A DNA stretch of 64,000 bases, from the NCBI GenBank assembly GCA_964016885.1, contig OZ024747.1, positions 47,864,001-47,928,000 of the forward strand. Direction: 5' to 3'. This document shows positions 41,801 to 55,613 of the stretch, in pieces (position 1 is the first letter of the stretch; each line of letters starts with the position of its first letter). This DNA is from Eledone cirrhosa. Taxonomy: Eukaryota. The notes under the pieces are model-generated. The model searched no databases and was not told where the DNA came from. It was given only the letters and a program-made list of their open reading frames with translations. A program made the translations under genes and the position numbers.

Positions 41801-44800
41801 TAACGTTTTGTTTGGGGATCTAACAATTTTGCCAATCCACTGTCCTTAGATAACCTTTTGTCTGGGCATCTAACAATTCTGCCAATCCACTGTCCTTAGA
41901 TAAGGTTTTGTCTAGGGATCTAACAATTCTGACAATCCACTGTCTTTAGATAAGATTTTGTCTGGGGATCTACCAATTCTGCCAATCCAGTCCTTAGATA
42001 ACATTTTGTCTGGCAATCCACAGCTCTTAGATAACATTTTGTCTGGGGATCTAACAATTCTGCCAATCCACTGCACTCAGATAACATTTTGTCTGGCGAT
42101 CTAACAATTCTGCTAATCAACTGCCCTCAGATAATATTTTGTTTGGGGATCTAACGATTCTGCGAATCAACTGCCCTCAGATAACATTTTGTTTGGGGAT
42201 CTAACAATTCTGCCAATCCACTGTCCTTAGAAAACATTTTGCGTGGGGATCTAACAATTCTTCTAATCCACTGCCCTCAGATAATATTTTGTCTGGCAAT
42301 CTAACAATTCTGCCAATCTACTGTCCTTAGATAACATTTTGATTGGCAGTCTAACAATTCTGCCAATCCACTGTCCTTAGATAACGTTTCGTCTGGGGAT
42401 CTAACAATTTTGCCAATCCACTGTCCTTAGATGACATTTTTTCTGGGGATCTAACAATTCTGTAAATATACTCTCTCAGATAACATTTTGTCTGGTAATC
42501 TAACAATTCTGTCAATCCACTGCCCTCAGATAACATTTTGTCTGGCGATCTAACAGTTCTGCCAATCCACTGCCTACACATAACATTTTGTCTGCCAATC
42601 CAGTCCTTAGATAACATTTTGTCTGGCAATCTAACAATTCTGCCAATCCACTGTCCTTAGATAACATTTTGTCTGCCAATCTAACAATTCTGCCAATCCA
42701 CAGCCATCAGGTAACATTTTGTTTGGGGATCTAACAATTCTGCCAATCCACTGCCCTCAGATAACATTTTGTATGGGGATCTAACAATTCTGCCAATCCA
42801 TTGCCCTCAGATAACGTTTTGTCTGGTAATCTAACAATTCTGCCAATCCACTGTCCTTAGAAAACATTTTGCGTGGGGAACTAACAATTCTTCTAATCCA
42901 CTGCCCTCAGATAACATTTTGTCTGGCAATCTAACAATTCTACCAATCCACTGCACTCATAACATTTTGTCTGGCAATCTAACAATTCTGCCAATCCACT
43001 GTCCTTAGATAACATTTTATCTGGCAATCTAACAATTCTGCCAATCCACTGCCCCCAGATAACATTTTGTTTGGGGATCTAACAATTCTGCCAATCCACT
43101 GCCCTCAGATAACATTTTCTCTGGGTGTCTACCAATTCTGCCAATCCACTGTCCTTAGATAACATTTCGTCTGGGGATCTAACAATTCTGCCAATCCACT
43201 GTCCTTAGATAACGTTTTGTCTAGGGATCTAACAATTCTGCCAATCCACTGACATTAGATAAGATTTTGTCTGGGGATCTAACAATTCTGCCAATCCAGT
43301 TCTTACATAACATTTTGTCTGGCAATCGGACAATTCTGCCAATCCACTGTCCTTAGATAAGATTTTGTCTGGCAATCCAACGATTCTGCCAATCCACTGC
43401 CCTTAGATAACATTTTCTCTGGGGATCTAACAATTCTGCCAATCCAGTCCTTAGATAACATTTTGTCTGGCAATCGGACAATTCTGCCAATCCACTGTCC
43501 TTAGATAAGATTTTGTCTGGCAATCCAACAATTCTGCCAATCCACTGCCCTTAGATAACATTTTCTCTGGGGATCTAACAATTCTGCCAATCCAGTCCTT
43601 AGATAACATTTTGTCTGGCAATCGGACAATTCTGCCAATCCACTGTCCTTATATAAGATTTTGTCTGGCAATCCAACAATTCTGCCAATCCACTGCCCTT
43701 AGATAACATTTTCTCTGGGGATCTAACGATTCTGCGAATCAACTGCCCTCAGATAACATTTTGTTTGGGGATCTAACAATTCTGCCAATCCACTGTCCTT
43801 AGAAAACATTTTGCGTGGGGATCTAACAATTCTTCTAATCCACTGCCCTCAGATAACATTTTGTCTGGCAATCTAACAATTCTGCCAATCTACTGTCCTT
43901 AGATAACATTTTGACTGGAAATCTAACAATTCTGCCAATCCACTGTCCTTAGATAACGTTTCGTCTGGGGATCTAACAATTTTGCCAATCCACTGTCCTT
44001 AGATGACATTTTGTCTGGGGATCTAACAATTCTGTAAATTCACTCTCTCAGATAACATTTTGTCTGGTAATCTAACAATTCTGCCAATCCACTGCCCTCA
44101 GATAACATTTTGTCTGGCGATCTAACAGTTCTGCCAATCCACTGCCTACACATAACATTTTGTCTGCCAATCCAGTCCTTAGATAACATTTTGTCTGGCA
44201 ATCTAACAATTCTGCCAATCCACTGTCCTTAGATAACATTTTGTCTGCCAATCTAACAATTCTGCCAATCCACAGCCATCAGGTAACATTTTGTTTGGGG
44301 ATCTAACAATTCTGCCAATCCACTGCCCTCAGATAACATTTTGTCTGGGGATCTAACAATTCTGCCAATCCATTGCCCTCAGATAACGTTTTGTCTGGTA
44401 ATCTAACAATTCTGCCAATCCACTGTCCTTAGAAAACATTTTGCGTGGGGAACTAACAATTCTTCTAATCCACTGCCCTCAGATAACATTTTATCTGGCA
44501 ATCTAACAATTCTACCAATCCACTGCACTCATAACATTTTGTCTGGCAATCTAACAATTCTGCCAATCCACTGTCCTTAGATAACATTTTGTCTGGCAAT
44601 CTAACAATTCTGCCAATTAACTGCCCTTAGATAACATTTTGTTTGGGGATCTAACAATTCTGCCAATCCACTGTCCTTAGATAACCTTTTGTCTGGGGAT
44701 CTAACAATTCTGCCAATCCACTGTCCTAAGATAACGTTTTGTCTAGGGATCTAACAATTCTGCCAATCCACTGTCTTTAGATGAAGATTTTGTCTGGGGA

Positions 44801-46439
44801 TCTAACAATTCTGCCAATCCAGTCCTTAGATAACATTTTGTCTGGCAATCGGATAATTCTGCAAATCCACTGCCCTCAAATAACATTTTGTCCGGGGATC
44901 TAACAATTCTGACAATCAACTGCCCTCAGGTAACATTTTGTTTGGGGATCTAACAATTCTGCCAATCCACTGCCCTCAGATAACATTTTGTCTGGGGATC
45001 TAACAATTCTGCTAATCCACTGTCCTTAGAAAACATTTTGTCTGGGGATCTAACAATTCTACCAATCCAATCCTTAGATAACATTTTGTCTGGGGATCCA
45101 ACAATTCTGCCAATCCACTGCCCTCAGATAACATTTTCACTGGGTGTCTAACAATTCTGCCAATCCACTGTCCTTAGATAACATTTCGTCTGGGGATCTA
45201 ACAATTCTGCCAATCCACTGTCCTTAGATAACGTTTTGTCTAGGGATCTAACAATTCTGCCAATCCACTGCCCTTAGATAACATTTTCTCTGGGGATCTA
45301 ACAATTCTACCAATCCAGTCCTTAGATAACATTTTGTCTGGCAATCGGACAATTCTGCCAATCCACTGTCCTTAGATAAGATGTTGTCTGGCAATCCAAC
45401 AATTCTGCCAATCCACTGCCCTTAGATAACATTTTCTCTGGGGATCTAACAATTCTGCCAATCCACTGTCCTTAGATAACATTTTGTCTGGGGATCTAAC
45501 AATTCTGTAAATTCACTCTCTCAGATAACATTTTTTCTGGTAATCTAACAATTCTGCCAATCCACTGTCCTTACATAACATTTTGTCAGGGGATCTAACA
45601 ATTCTGACAATCCACTGCCCTCAGATAACATTTTGTCTGGCGATCTAACAGTTCTGCCAATCCACTGCCTACACATAACATTGTCTGCCAATCCAGTCGT
45701 TAGATAACATTTTGTGTGGGGATCTAACAATTCTGACAATCAACTGCCCTCAGGTAACATTTTGTTTGGGGATCTAACAATTCTGCCAATCCACTGCCCT
45801 CAGATAACATTTTGTCTGGCGATCTAACAATTCTGCTAATCAACTGCCCTCAGATAATATTTTGTTTGGGGATCTAACGATTCTGCGAATCAACTGCCCT
45901 CAGATAACATTTTGTTTTGGGATCTAACAATTCTGCCAATCCACTGTCCTTAGAAAACATTTTGCGTGGGGATCTAACAATTCTTCTAATCCACTGCCCT
46001 CAGATAACATTTTGTCTGGCAATCTAACAATTCTGCCAATCTACTGTCCTTAGATAACATTTTGACTGGCAATCTAACAATTCTGCCAAACCACTGTCCT
46101 TAGATAACGTTTCGTCTGGGGACCTAACAATTTTGCCAATCCACTGTCCTTAGATGACATTTTTTCTGGGGATCTAACAATTCTGTAAATTCACTCTCTC
46201 AGATAACATTTTGTCTGGTAATCTAACAATTCTGCCAATCCACTGCCCTCAGATAACATTTTGTCCGGCGATCTAACAGTTCTGCCAATCCACTGCCTAC
46301 ACATAACATTTTGTGTGCCAATCCAGTCCTTAGATAACATTTTGTCTGGCAATCTAACAATTCTGCCAATCCACTGTCCTTAGATAACATTTTGTCTGCC
46401 AATCTAACAATTCTGCCAATCCACAGCCCTCACATAACA

Positions 46440-47235
46440 TTTTGTCTGGGGATCTAACAATTCTGCCAATCCACTGTCCTTAGATAACATTTTGTCTGGG
46501 GATCTAACAATTCTGTAAATTCACTCTCTCAGATAACATTTTTTCTGGTAATCTAACAATTCTGCCAATCCACTGTCCTTACATAACATTTTGTCAGGGG
46601 ATCTAACAATTCTGCCAATCCACTGCCCACAGATAACATTTTGTCTGGCGATCTAACAGTTCTGCCAATCCACTGCCTACACATAACATTGTCTGCCAAT
46701 CCAGTCCTTAGATAACATTTTGTCTGACAATATAACAATTCTGCCAATCCACTGTCCTTAGATAACATTTTGTCTGGCAATCTAACAATTCTGCCAATCC
46801 ACTGCCCTCACATAACATTTTGTCTGGGGATCTAACAATTCTGCCAATCAACTGTCCTTAGATAACATTTTGTCTGGGGATCTAACAATTCTGTAAATTC
46901 ACTCTCTCAGATAACATTTTTTCTGGTAATCTAACAATTCTGCCAATCCACTGTCCTTATATAACATTTTGTCAGGGGATCTAACAATTCTGCCAATCCA
47001 CTGCCCTCAGATAACATTTTGTCTGGCGATCTAACAGTTCTGCCAATCCACTGACTACACATAACATTGTCTGCCAATCCAGTCCTTAGATAACATTTTG
47101 TCTGACAATCTAACAATTCTGCCAATCCACTGTCCTTAGATAACATTTTGTTTGGCAATCTAACAATTCTGCCAATCCACTGCCCTCACATAACATTTTG
47201 TCTGGGGATCTAACAATTCTGCCAATCAACTGCCC
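46440..47235 (+). repeat. Tandem duplication with 378-bp period
   Basis: GATCTAACAATTCTGTAAAT at 46501 and 46879; near-identical ORF translations at 46553 and 46931; related units at ~22670, ~45490 and ~48770. Confidence 0.9.
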
Positions 47236-49800
47236 TCAGATAACATTTTGTGTGGGGATCTAACAATTCTGACAATCAACTGCCCTCAGGTAACATTTTG
47301 TTTGGGGATCTAACAATTCTGCCAATCCACTGCCCTCAGATAACATTTTGTCTGGAGATCTAACAATTCTGCCAATCAACTGCCCTCAGATAACATTTTG
47401 TGTGGGGATCTAACAATTCTGACAATCAACTGCCCACAGGTAGCAGTTTGTTTGGGGATCTAACAATTCTGACAATCCAATGCCCTCAGATAACATTTTG
47501 TCGGGGATCCAACAATTCTGCATATCCACTTTCCTTAGATAACTTTTTGTCTGGGGATCTAACAATTCTGCCAAACCACTGCCCTCATAACATTTTGTCT
47601 GGCAATCTAACAATTCTGCCAATCCATTGTCCTTACAGAACATTTTGTCGGGGATCTAACAATTCTGCCAATCCACTGTCCTTAGATAACATTTTGTCTG
47701 GCAATATTACAGTTTTGCCAATCCACAGCCCTCAGATAACATTTTGTCTGGCTAACAATTCTGCCAATCCACTGTCCTTAGAAAACATTTTGTCTGGGGA
47801 TCTAACAATTCTGCCAATCCACTGTCCTTAGATAACATTTTGTCTGGGGATCTAACAATTCTGCCAATCCACTGTCCTTCGATAACATTTTGTCTGGGGA
47901 TCTAACAATTCTTCTAATCCACTGTCCTCAGATAACATTTTGTCTGCCAATCAACAACCCTCAGATAACATTTTGTCTGGCAATCTAACAATTCTGAAAA
48001 TCCACTGTCCTCTGATAACATTTTGTCAGGGGATCTAACAATTCTACCAATCCACTGGCCTCAGCTAACATTTTGTCTGGGATCAAACTATTCTGCCAAT
48101 CCACTGCCCTTAGATAACATTTTGTCTGGCAATCTAACAATTCTGCCAATGCACTGCCCTCGTAACATTGTCTGGCGATCTAACAATTCTGACAATTTAT
48201 TGCCGTCAGATAACATTTGTCTCGGTATCTAACAATTCTGCCAATCCACTGTCCTTAGATACCCTTTTGTCTGGGATCTAACAATTCTGCCAATCCACTG
48301 TCCTTAGATAACGTTTTGTCTAGGGATCTAACAATTCTGCCAATCCACTGTCTTGACATAAGATTTTGTGTGGGGATCTAACAATTCCGACAAACAACTG
48401 CCCTCAGATAACATTTTGTTTGGGGATCTAACAATTCTGCCGATCCACTGTCCTTAGATACCCTTTTGTCTGGGATCTAACAATTCTGCCAATCCACTGT
48501 CCTTAGATAACGTTTTGTCTAGGGATCTAACAATTCTGCCAATCCACTGTCTTGACATAAGATTTTGTTTGGGGATCTAACAATTCTGCCAATCCACTGT
48601 CTTGACATAACATTTTGTCTGACAATCGGACAATTCTGCCAATCCACTGTCCTTAGATAAGATTTTGTCTGGCAATCCAACAATTCTGCCAATCCACTGC
48701 CCTTAGATAACATTTTCTCTGGGGATCTATCAATTCTGCCAATCCACTGGCCTCAGATAACATTTTGTCTGGGGATCTAACAATTCTGTAAATTCACTCT
48801 CTCAGATAACATTTTTTCTGGTAATCTAACAATTCTGCCAATCCACTGTCCTTACATAACATTTTGTCAGGGGATCTAACAATTCTGCCAATCCACTGCC
48901 CTCAGATAACATTTTGTCTGGCGATCTAACAGTTCTGCCAATCCACTGCCTACACATAACATTGTCTGCCAATCCAGTCCTTAGATAACATTTTGTCTGA
49001 CAATCTAACAATTCTGCCAATCCACTGTCCTTAGATAACATTGTCTGGCAATCTAACAATTCTGCCAATCCACTGCCCTAACATAACATTTTGTCTGGGG
49101 ATCTAACAATTCTGCCAATCAACTGCCCCCAGATAACATTTTGTGTGGGGATCTAACAATTCTGACAATCAACTGCCCACAGGTAACAGTTTGTTTGGGG
49201 ATCTAACAATTCTGCCAATCCAATGCCCTCAGATAACATTTTGTCGGGGATCCAACAATTCTGCATATCCACTTTCCTTAGATAACTTTTTGTCTGGGGA
49301 TCTAACAATTCTGCCAAACCACTGCCCTCATAACATTTTGTCTGGCAATCTAACAATTCTGCCAATCCACTGTCCTTACAGAACATATTGTCGGGGATCT
49401 AACAATTCTGCCAATCTACTGTCCTTAGATCACATTTTGTCTGGGAATCTAACAATCCTGCCAATCCACTGTCCTTAGATAACATTTTGTCTGGCAATAT
49501 TACAATTTTGGCAATCCACAGCCCTCAGATAACATTTTGTCTGGCTAACAATTCTGCCAATCCACTGTCCTTAGAAAACATTTTGTCTGGGGATCTAACA
49601 ATTCTGCCAATCCACTGTCCTTAGATAACATTTTGTCTGGGGATCTAACAATTCTGCCAATCCACTGTCCTTCGATAACATTTTGTCTGGGGATCTAACA
49701 ATTCTTCTAATCCACTGTCCTCAGATAACATTTTGTCTGGCAATCTTACAATTCTGCCAATCAACAACCCTCAGATAACATTTTGTCTGGCAATCTAACA
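46870..49800 (+). repeat. Dispersed duplication ~46870-47990 vs ~48765-49800 (offset 1895 then 1743)
   Basis: ORF pairs 46931/48826 and 47400/49143; shared rare strings CTGCATATCCACTTTCC, CAATGCCC and CCTTCGATAAC. Confidence 0.85.
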
Positions 49801-52800
49801 ATTCTGCCAATCCACTGCCCTCAGATATTTTTTCTGGGAATCTAACTATTCTGCCATTCCACAAGCCTCAGATAACATTTTGTCTGGGGATCTAACAATT
49901 CTGCCAATCCACTGCACTCAGATAACATTTTGTTTGGGGATCTAACGATTCTGCGAATCAACTGCCCTCAGATAACATTTTGTTTGAGGATCTAACAATT
50001 CTGCCAATCCACTGCGCTTAGATAACATTTTCTCTGGGGATCTAACAATTCTGCCAATCCACTGCCCTTAGATAACATTTTGTCTGGGGATCTAACAATT
50101 CTGCAAATCCAGTCCTTAGATAACATTTTGTCTGGGGATCTAACAATTCTGCCAATCCACTGTCCTTAGATAACATTTTGTCTGGGGATCTAACAATTCT
50201 TCCAATCCACTGCCCTTAGATAACATTTTGTCTGGGGATCTAACAATTCTGCAAATCCAGTCCTTAGATAACATTTTGTCTGGGGATCTAACAATTCTGC
50301 CAATCCACTGTCCTTAGATAACATTTTGTCTGGGGATCTAACAGTTCTGCCAATCCACTGCATACACATAACATTTTGTCTGCCAATCCAGTCCTTAGAT
50401 AACATTTTGTCTGGGGATGTAACAATTCTGCCAATCAACTGCCCTCAGAAAACATTTGGTGTGAGGATCTAACAATTCTGCCAATCCACTGCCCTCATAT
50501 ATTTTGTCTGGCACTCTAAGAATTCTGCCAATCCACAGCCCTCAGATAACATTTTATCTGGGGATCTAATAATTCTGCCAATCCACTGTCCTAAGATAAC
50601 GTTTTGTCTAGGGATCTAACAATTCTGCCAATCCACTGCCCTCAGATAACATTTTGTCTGGGGATCTAACAATTCTGCCAATCCACTGCCCTCAGATAAC
50701 ATTTTGTATGGCAAGCTAACAATTCTGCCAATCCACTGCCCTCATAACATTTTGTCTGGCAATCTAACAATTCTACCAATCCACTGGCCTCAGATAACAT
50801 TTTGTCTGGTAATCTAACAATTCTGCCAATCCTCTATCCTTAGATAACATTTTGCGAGGGGATCTAACAATTCTGTAATCCACTGCCCTCAGATAACATT
50901 TTGTCTGGCAATCTAACAATTCTGAAAATCCACTGCCCCCAGATAACATTTTGTATGGCAATCTAACAATTCTGCCAATCCACTGTCCTTAGATAACATT
51001 TTTTCTAGGATCTAACAATTCTGAAAATCCTCTACCCTCAGATAACATTTTGTCTGGCAATCTAACAATTCTGAAAATTCACTGTCCTCTGATAACATTT
51101 TGTCAGGGGATCTAACAATTCTACCAATCCACTGGCCTCAGCTAACATTTTGTCTGGGATCTAACTATTCTGCCAATCCACTGCCCTTAGATAACATTTT
51201 GTGTGGCAATCTAACAATTCTGCCAATGCACTGCCCTCGTAACATTGTCTGGCGATCTAACAATTCTGACAATCCATTGCCGTCAGATAACATTTGTCTC
51301 GGTATCTAACAATTCTGCCAGTCCACTGCCCTCCTATAACATTTTGTGTGGGGATCTAACAATTCTGACAATCAACTGCCCTCAGATAACATTTTGTTTG
51401 GGGATCTAACAATTCTGCCAATCCACTGTCCTTAGATAACCTTTTGTCTGGGGATCTAACAATTCTGCCAAGCCACTGTCCTTAGATAACGTTTTGTCTA
51501 GGGATCTAACAATTCTGCCAATCCACTGTCTTGACATAAGATTTTGTTTGGGGATCTAACAATTCTGCCAATCCACTGTCTTGACATAATATTTTGTCTG
51601 GCAATCGGACAATTCTGCCAATCCACTGTCCTTAGATAACATTTTGTCTGGCAATCCAACAATTCTGCCAATCCACTGCCCCCAGATAACATTTTGTCTG
51701 GGGATCTAACAATTCTGCCAATCAACTGCCCTCGGATAACATTTTGTTTGGGGATCTAACAATTCTGCCAATCCACTGCCCTCAGATAACATTTTGTCTG
51801 GGTATCTAACAATTCTGCCAATCCACTCCTTAGATAAGATTTTGTCTGGGGATCTAACAATTCTGCCAATTCACTGCCCTCATATAACATTTTGTGTGGG
51901 GATCTAACAATTCTGCCAATCAACTGCCCTCAGATAACATTTTGTTTGGGTATCTAACAATTCTGTCAATCCATTGTCCTAAGATAATCTTTTGTCTGGG
52001 GATCTAACAATTCTGCCAATCCACTGTCTTTAGATAAAATTTTGTCTGGGGATCTAACAATTCTGCCAATCCAGTCCTTAGATAACATTTTGTCTGGCAA
52101 TCGGACAATTCTGCCAATCCACTGTCCTTAGATAACATTTTGTCTGGCAATCCAACAATTCTGCCAATCCACTGCTCTTAGATAACATTTTCTCTGGGGA
52201 TCTAACAATTCTGCCAATCCACTGGCCTCAGATAACATTTTGTCTGTGGATCTAACAATTTTGCCAATCCACTGTCCTTAGATGACATTTTGTCTGGGGA
52301 TCTAACAATTCTGTAAATTCACTCTCTCAGATAACATTTTGTTTGGTAATCTAACAATTCTGCCAATCCACTGTCCTTAGATAACATTTTGTCAGGGGAT
52401 CTAACAATTCTGCCAATCCACTTCCCTCAGATAACATTTTGTCTGGCAAGCTAACAATTCTGCCAATCCACTGGCCTCAGCTAACATTTTTTCTGGGGAT
52501 CTAACAATTCTGCCAATCCACTGCCCTCAGATAACATTTTGTCTGGTAATCTAACAATTCTGCCAATCCTCTATCCTTAGATAACATTTTGCGTGGGGAT
52601 CTAACAATTCTGTAATCCACTGCCCTCAGATAACATTTTGTCTGGCAATCTTATAATTCTGCCAATCAACAACCCCCAGATAACATTTTGTCTCGCAATC
52701 TAACAATTCTGAAAATCCACTGCCCCCAGATAACATTTTGTATGGCAATCTAACAATTCTACCAATCCACTGTCCTCAGATAACATTTTGTCAGGGGATC

Positions 52801-54194
52801 TAACAATTCTACCAATCCACAGGCCTCAGCTAACATTTTGTCTGGGATCTAACTATTCTGCCAATCCACTGCCCCCAGATAACATTTTGTCTCGCAATCT
52901 AACAATTCTGCCAATCCACTGTCCTTAGATAACATTTTGTCTCGGGATCTAACAATTCTGCCAATGCACTGCCCTCGTAACATTCTCTGGCGATCTAACA
53001 ATTCTGACAATCCATTGCCGTCAGATAACATTTGTCTCGGTATCTAACAATTCTGCCAATCAACTGACTCAGGTAACATTTTGTATGGGAATCTAACAAT
53101 TCTGCGAATCCACTGCACTCAGATAACATTTTGTTTGGGGATCTAACAATTCTGCCAATCCAGTCCTTAGATGAGATTTTCTCTGGGTGTCTAACAATTC
53201 TGCCAATCTACTGTCCTTAGATAACATTTTGTTTGGGGATCTAACAATTCTGTCAATCCACTGCCCTCAGATAACATTTTGTCTGGCAATCTAACAATTC
53301 TGCCAATCCACTGCCTTCAGATAACATTTTGTCTGGGGATCTAACAATTCTGCCAATCCACTGCCCTCAAACAACATTTTGTCTGGCAATCTAACAATTC
53401 TGCCAATCCACAGCCCTCAGATAACATTTTGTCTGGCTAACAATTCTGCCAATCCACTGTCCTTAGAAAACATTTTGTCTGGGGATCTAACAATTCTGCC
53501 AATCCACTGCCCTCAGATAACATTTTGTCTGGCAATATTACACTTTTGCCAATCCACAGCCCTCAGATAACATTTTGTCTGGCTAACAATTCTGCCAATC
53601 CACTGTCCTTAGAAAACATTTTGTCTGGGGATCCAACAATTCTGCCAATCCACTGTCCTTAGATAACATTTTGTCTGGGGATCTAACAATTCTACCAATC
53701 CACTGTCCTTAGATAACATTTTGTCTGGGGATCTTACAATTCTGCCAATCAACAACCCTCAGATAACATTTTGTCTGGTAATCTAACAATTCTGCCAATC
53801 CACTGCACTCATAACATTTTGTCTGGCAATCTAACATTTCTGCCAATCTACTGTCCTTAGATAACATTGTCTGGCAAACTAACAATTATGCCAATCCACT
53901 GTCCTTAAATAACATTTTGTCTGGCAATCTAACAATTCTGCCAATCCACTGCCCTCAGATATTTTGTCTGGCAATCTAACTATTCTGCCATTCCACAAGC
54001 CTCAGATAACATTTGTCTGGGGATCTAACAATTCTGCCAATCCATTGCCCTTAGATATTTTGTATGGAGATCTAACAATTCTGCGAATCCACGGTGCTCA
54101 GATAACATTTTGTCTGACAATCTAACAATTCTGACAATCCACTGCCCTCAGATAACATTTTGTTTGGGGATCTAACAATTCTGCCAATCAACTC

Positions 54195-55613
54195 CCCTCA
54201 GATAACATTTTGTGTGGGGATCTAACAATTCTGACAATCAACTGCCCTCAGGTAACATTTTGTTTGGGGATCTAACAATTCTGTCAATCAACTGCCCTCA
54301 GATAACATTTTGTGTGGGGATCTAACAATTCTGACAATCAACTGCCCACAGGTAACATTTTGTTTGGGGATCTAACAATTCAGTCAATCCACTGTCCTTA
54401 GATAACATTTTGTGTGGGGATCTAACAATTCTGCCAATCCACTGCCCTCAGATAACATTTTGTTTGGGGATCTAACGATTCTGCGAATCAACTGCCCTCA
54501 GATAACATTTTGTTTGGGGATCGAACGATTCTGCGAATCAACTGCCCTCAGTTTAAATTTTGTCTGGGGATCTAACAATTCTGCCAATCCACTGCCCTCA
54601 GATAACATTTTGTCTGGCAATCTAATAATTCTGCCAATCCACTGCCCTCAGATAACACTTTGTCAGGGGATCTAACAATTCTGCCAATCCACTTGCCTCA
54701 GATAATATTTTGTCTGGGAATCTAACAATTCTGCCAATCAACTGACCTCAGATAACATTTTGTGTGGGAATCTAACAATTCTGCCAATCCACTGTCCTTA
54801 GATAAGATTTTGTCTGGGGATCTAACAATTCTGCCAATTCACTGCTCTAATATAACATTTTGTGTGGGGATCTAACAATTCTGACAATCAACTGCCCTCA
54901 GATAACATTTTGTGTGGGGATCTAACAATTCTGACAATCAACTGCCCTCAGGTAACATTTTGTTTGGGGATATAACAATTCTGTCAATCAACTGCCCTCA
55001 GATAACATTTTGTGTGGGGATCTAACAATTCTGACAATCAACTGCCCACAGGTAACATTTTGTTTGGGGATCTAACAATTCAGTCAATCCACTGTCCTTA
55101 GATAACATTTTGTGTGGGGATCTAACAATTCTGCCAATCCACTGCCCTCAGATAACATTTTGTTTGGGGATCTAACGATTCTGCGAATCAACTGCCCTCA
55201 GATAACATTTTGTTTGGGGATCGAACGATTCTGCGAATCAACTGCCCTCAGTTTAAATTTTGTCTGGGGATCTAACAATTCTGCCAATCCACTGCCCTCA
55301 GATAACATTTTGTCTGGCAATCTAATAATTCTGCCAATCCACTGCCCTCAGATAACACTTTGTCAGGGGATCTAACAATTCTGCCAATCCACTTGCCTCA
55401 GATAATATTTTGTCTGGGAATCTAACAATTCTGCCAATCAACTGACCTCAGATAACATTTTGTGTGGGAATCTAACAATTCTGCCAATCCACTGTCCTTA
55501 GATAAGATTTTGTCTGGGGATCTAACAATTCTGCCAATTCACTGCTCTAATATAACATTTTGTGTGGGGATCTAACAATTCTGACAATCAACTGCCCTCA
55601 GATAACATTTTGT
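54195..55613 (+). repeat. Tandem duplication with exact 700-bp period (14 full-length monomers)
   Basis: Identical ORF translations at 54412 and 55112; GTTTAAATTT at 54551 and 55251; only one difference noticed (C54272 vs A54972). Confidence 0.95.
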
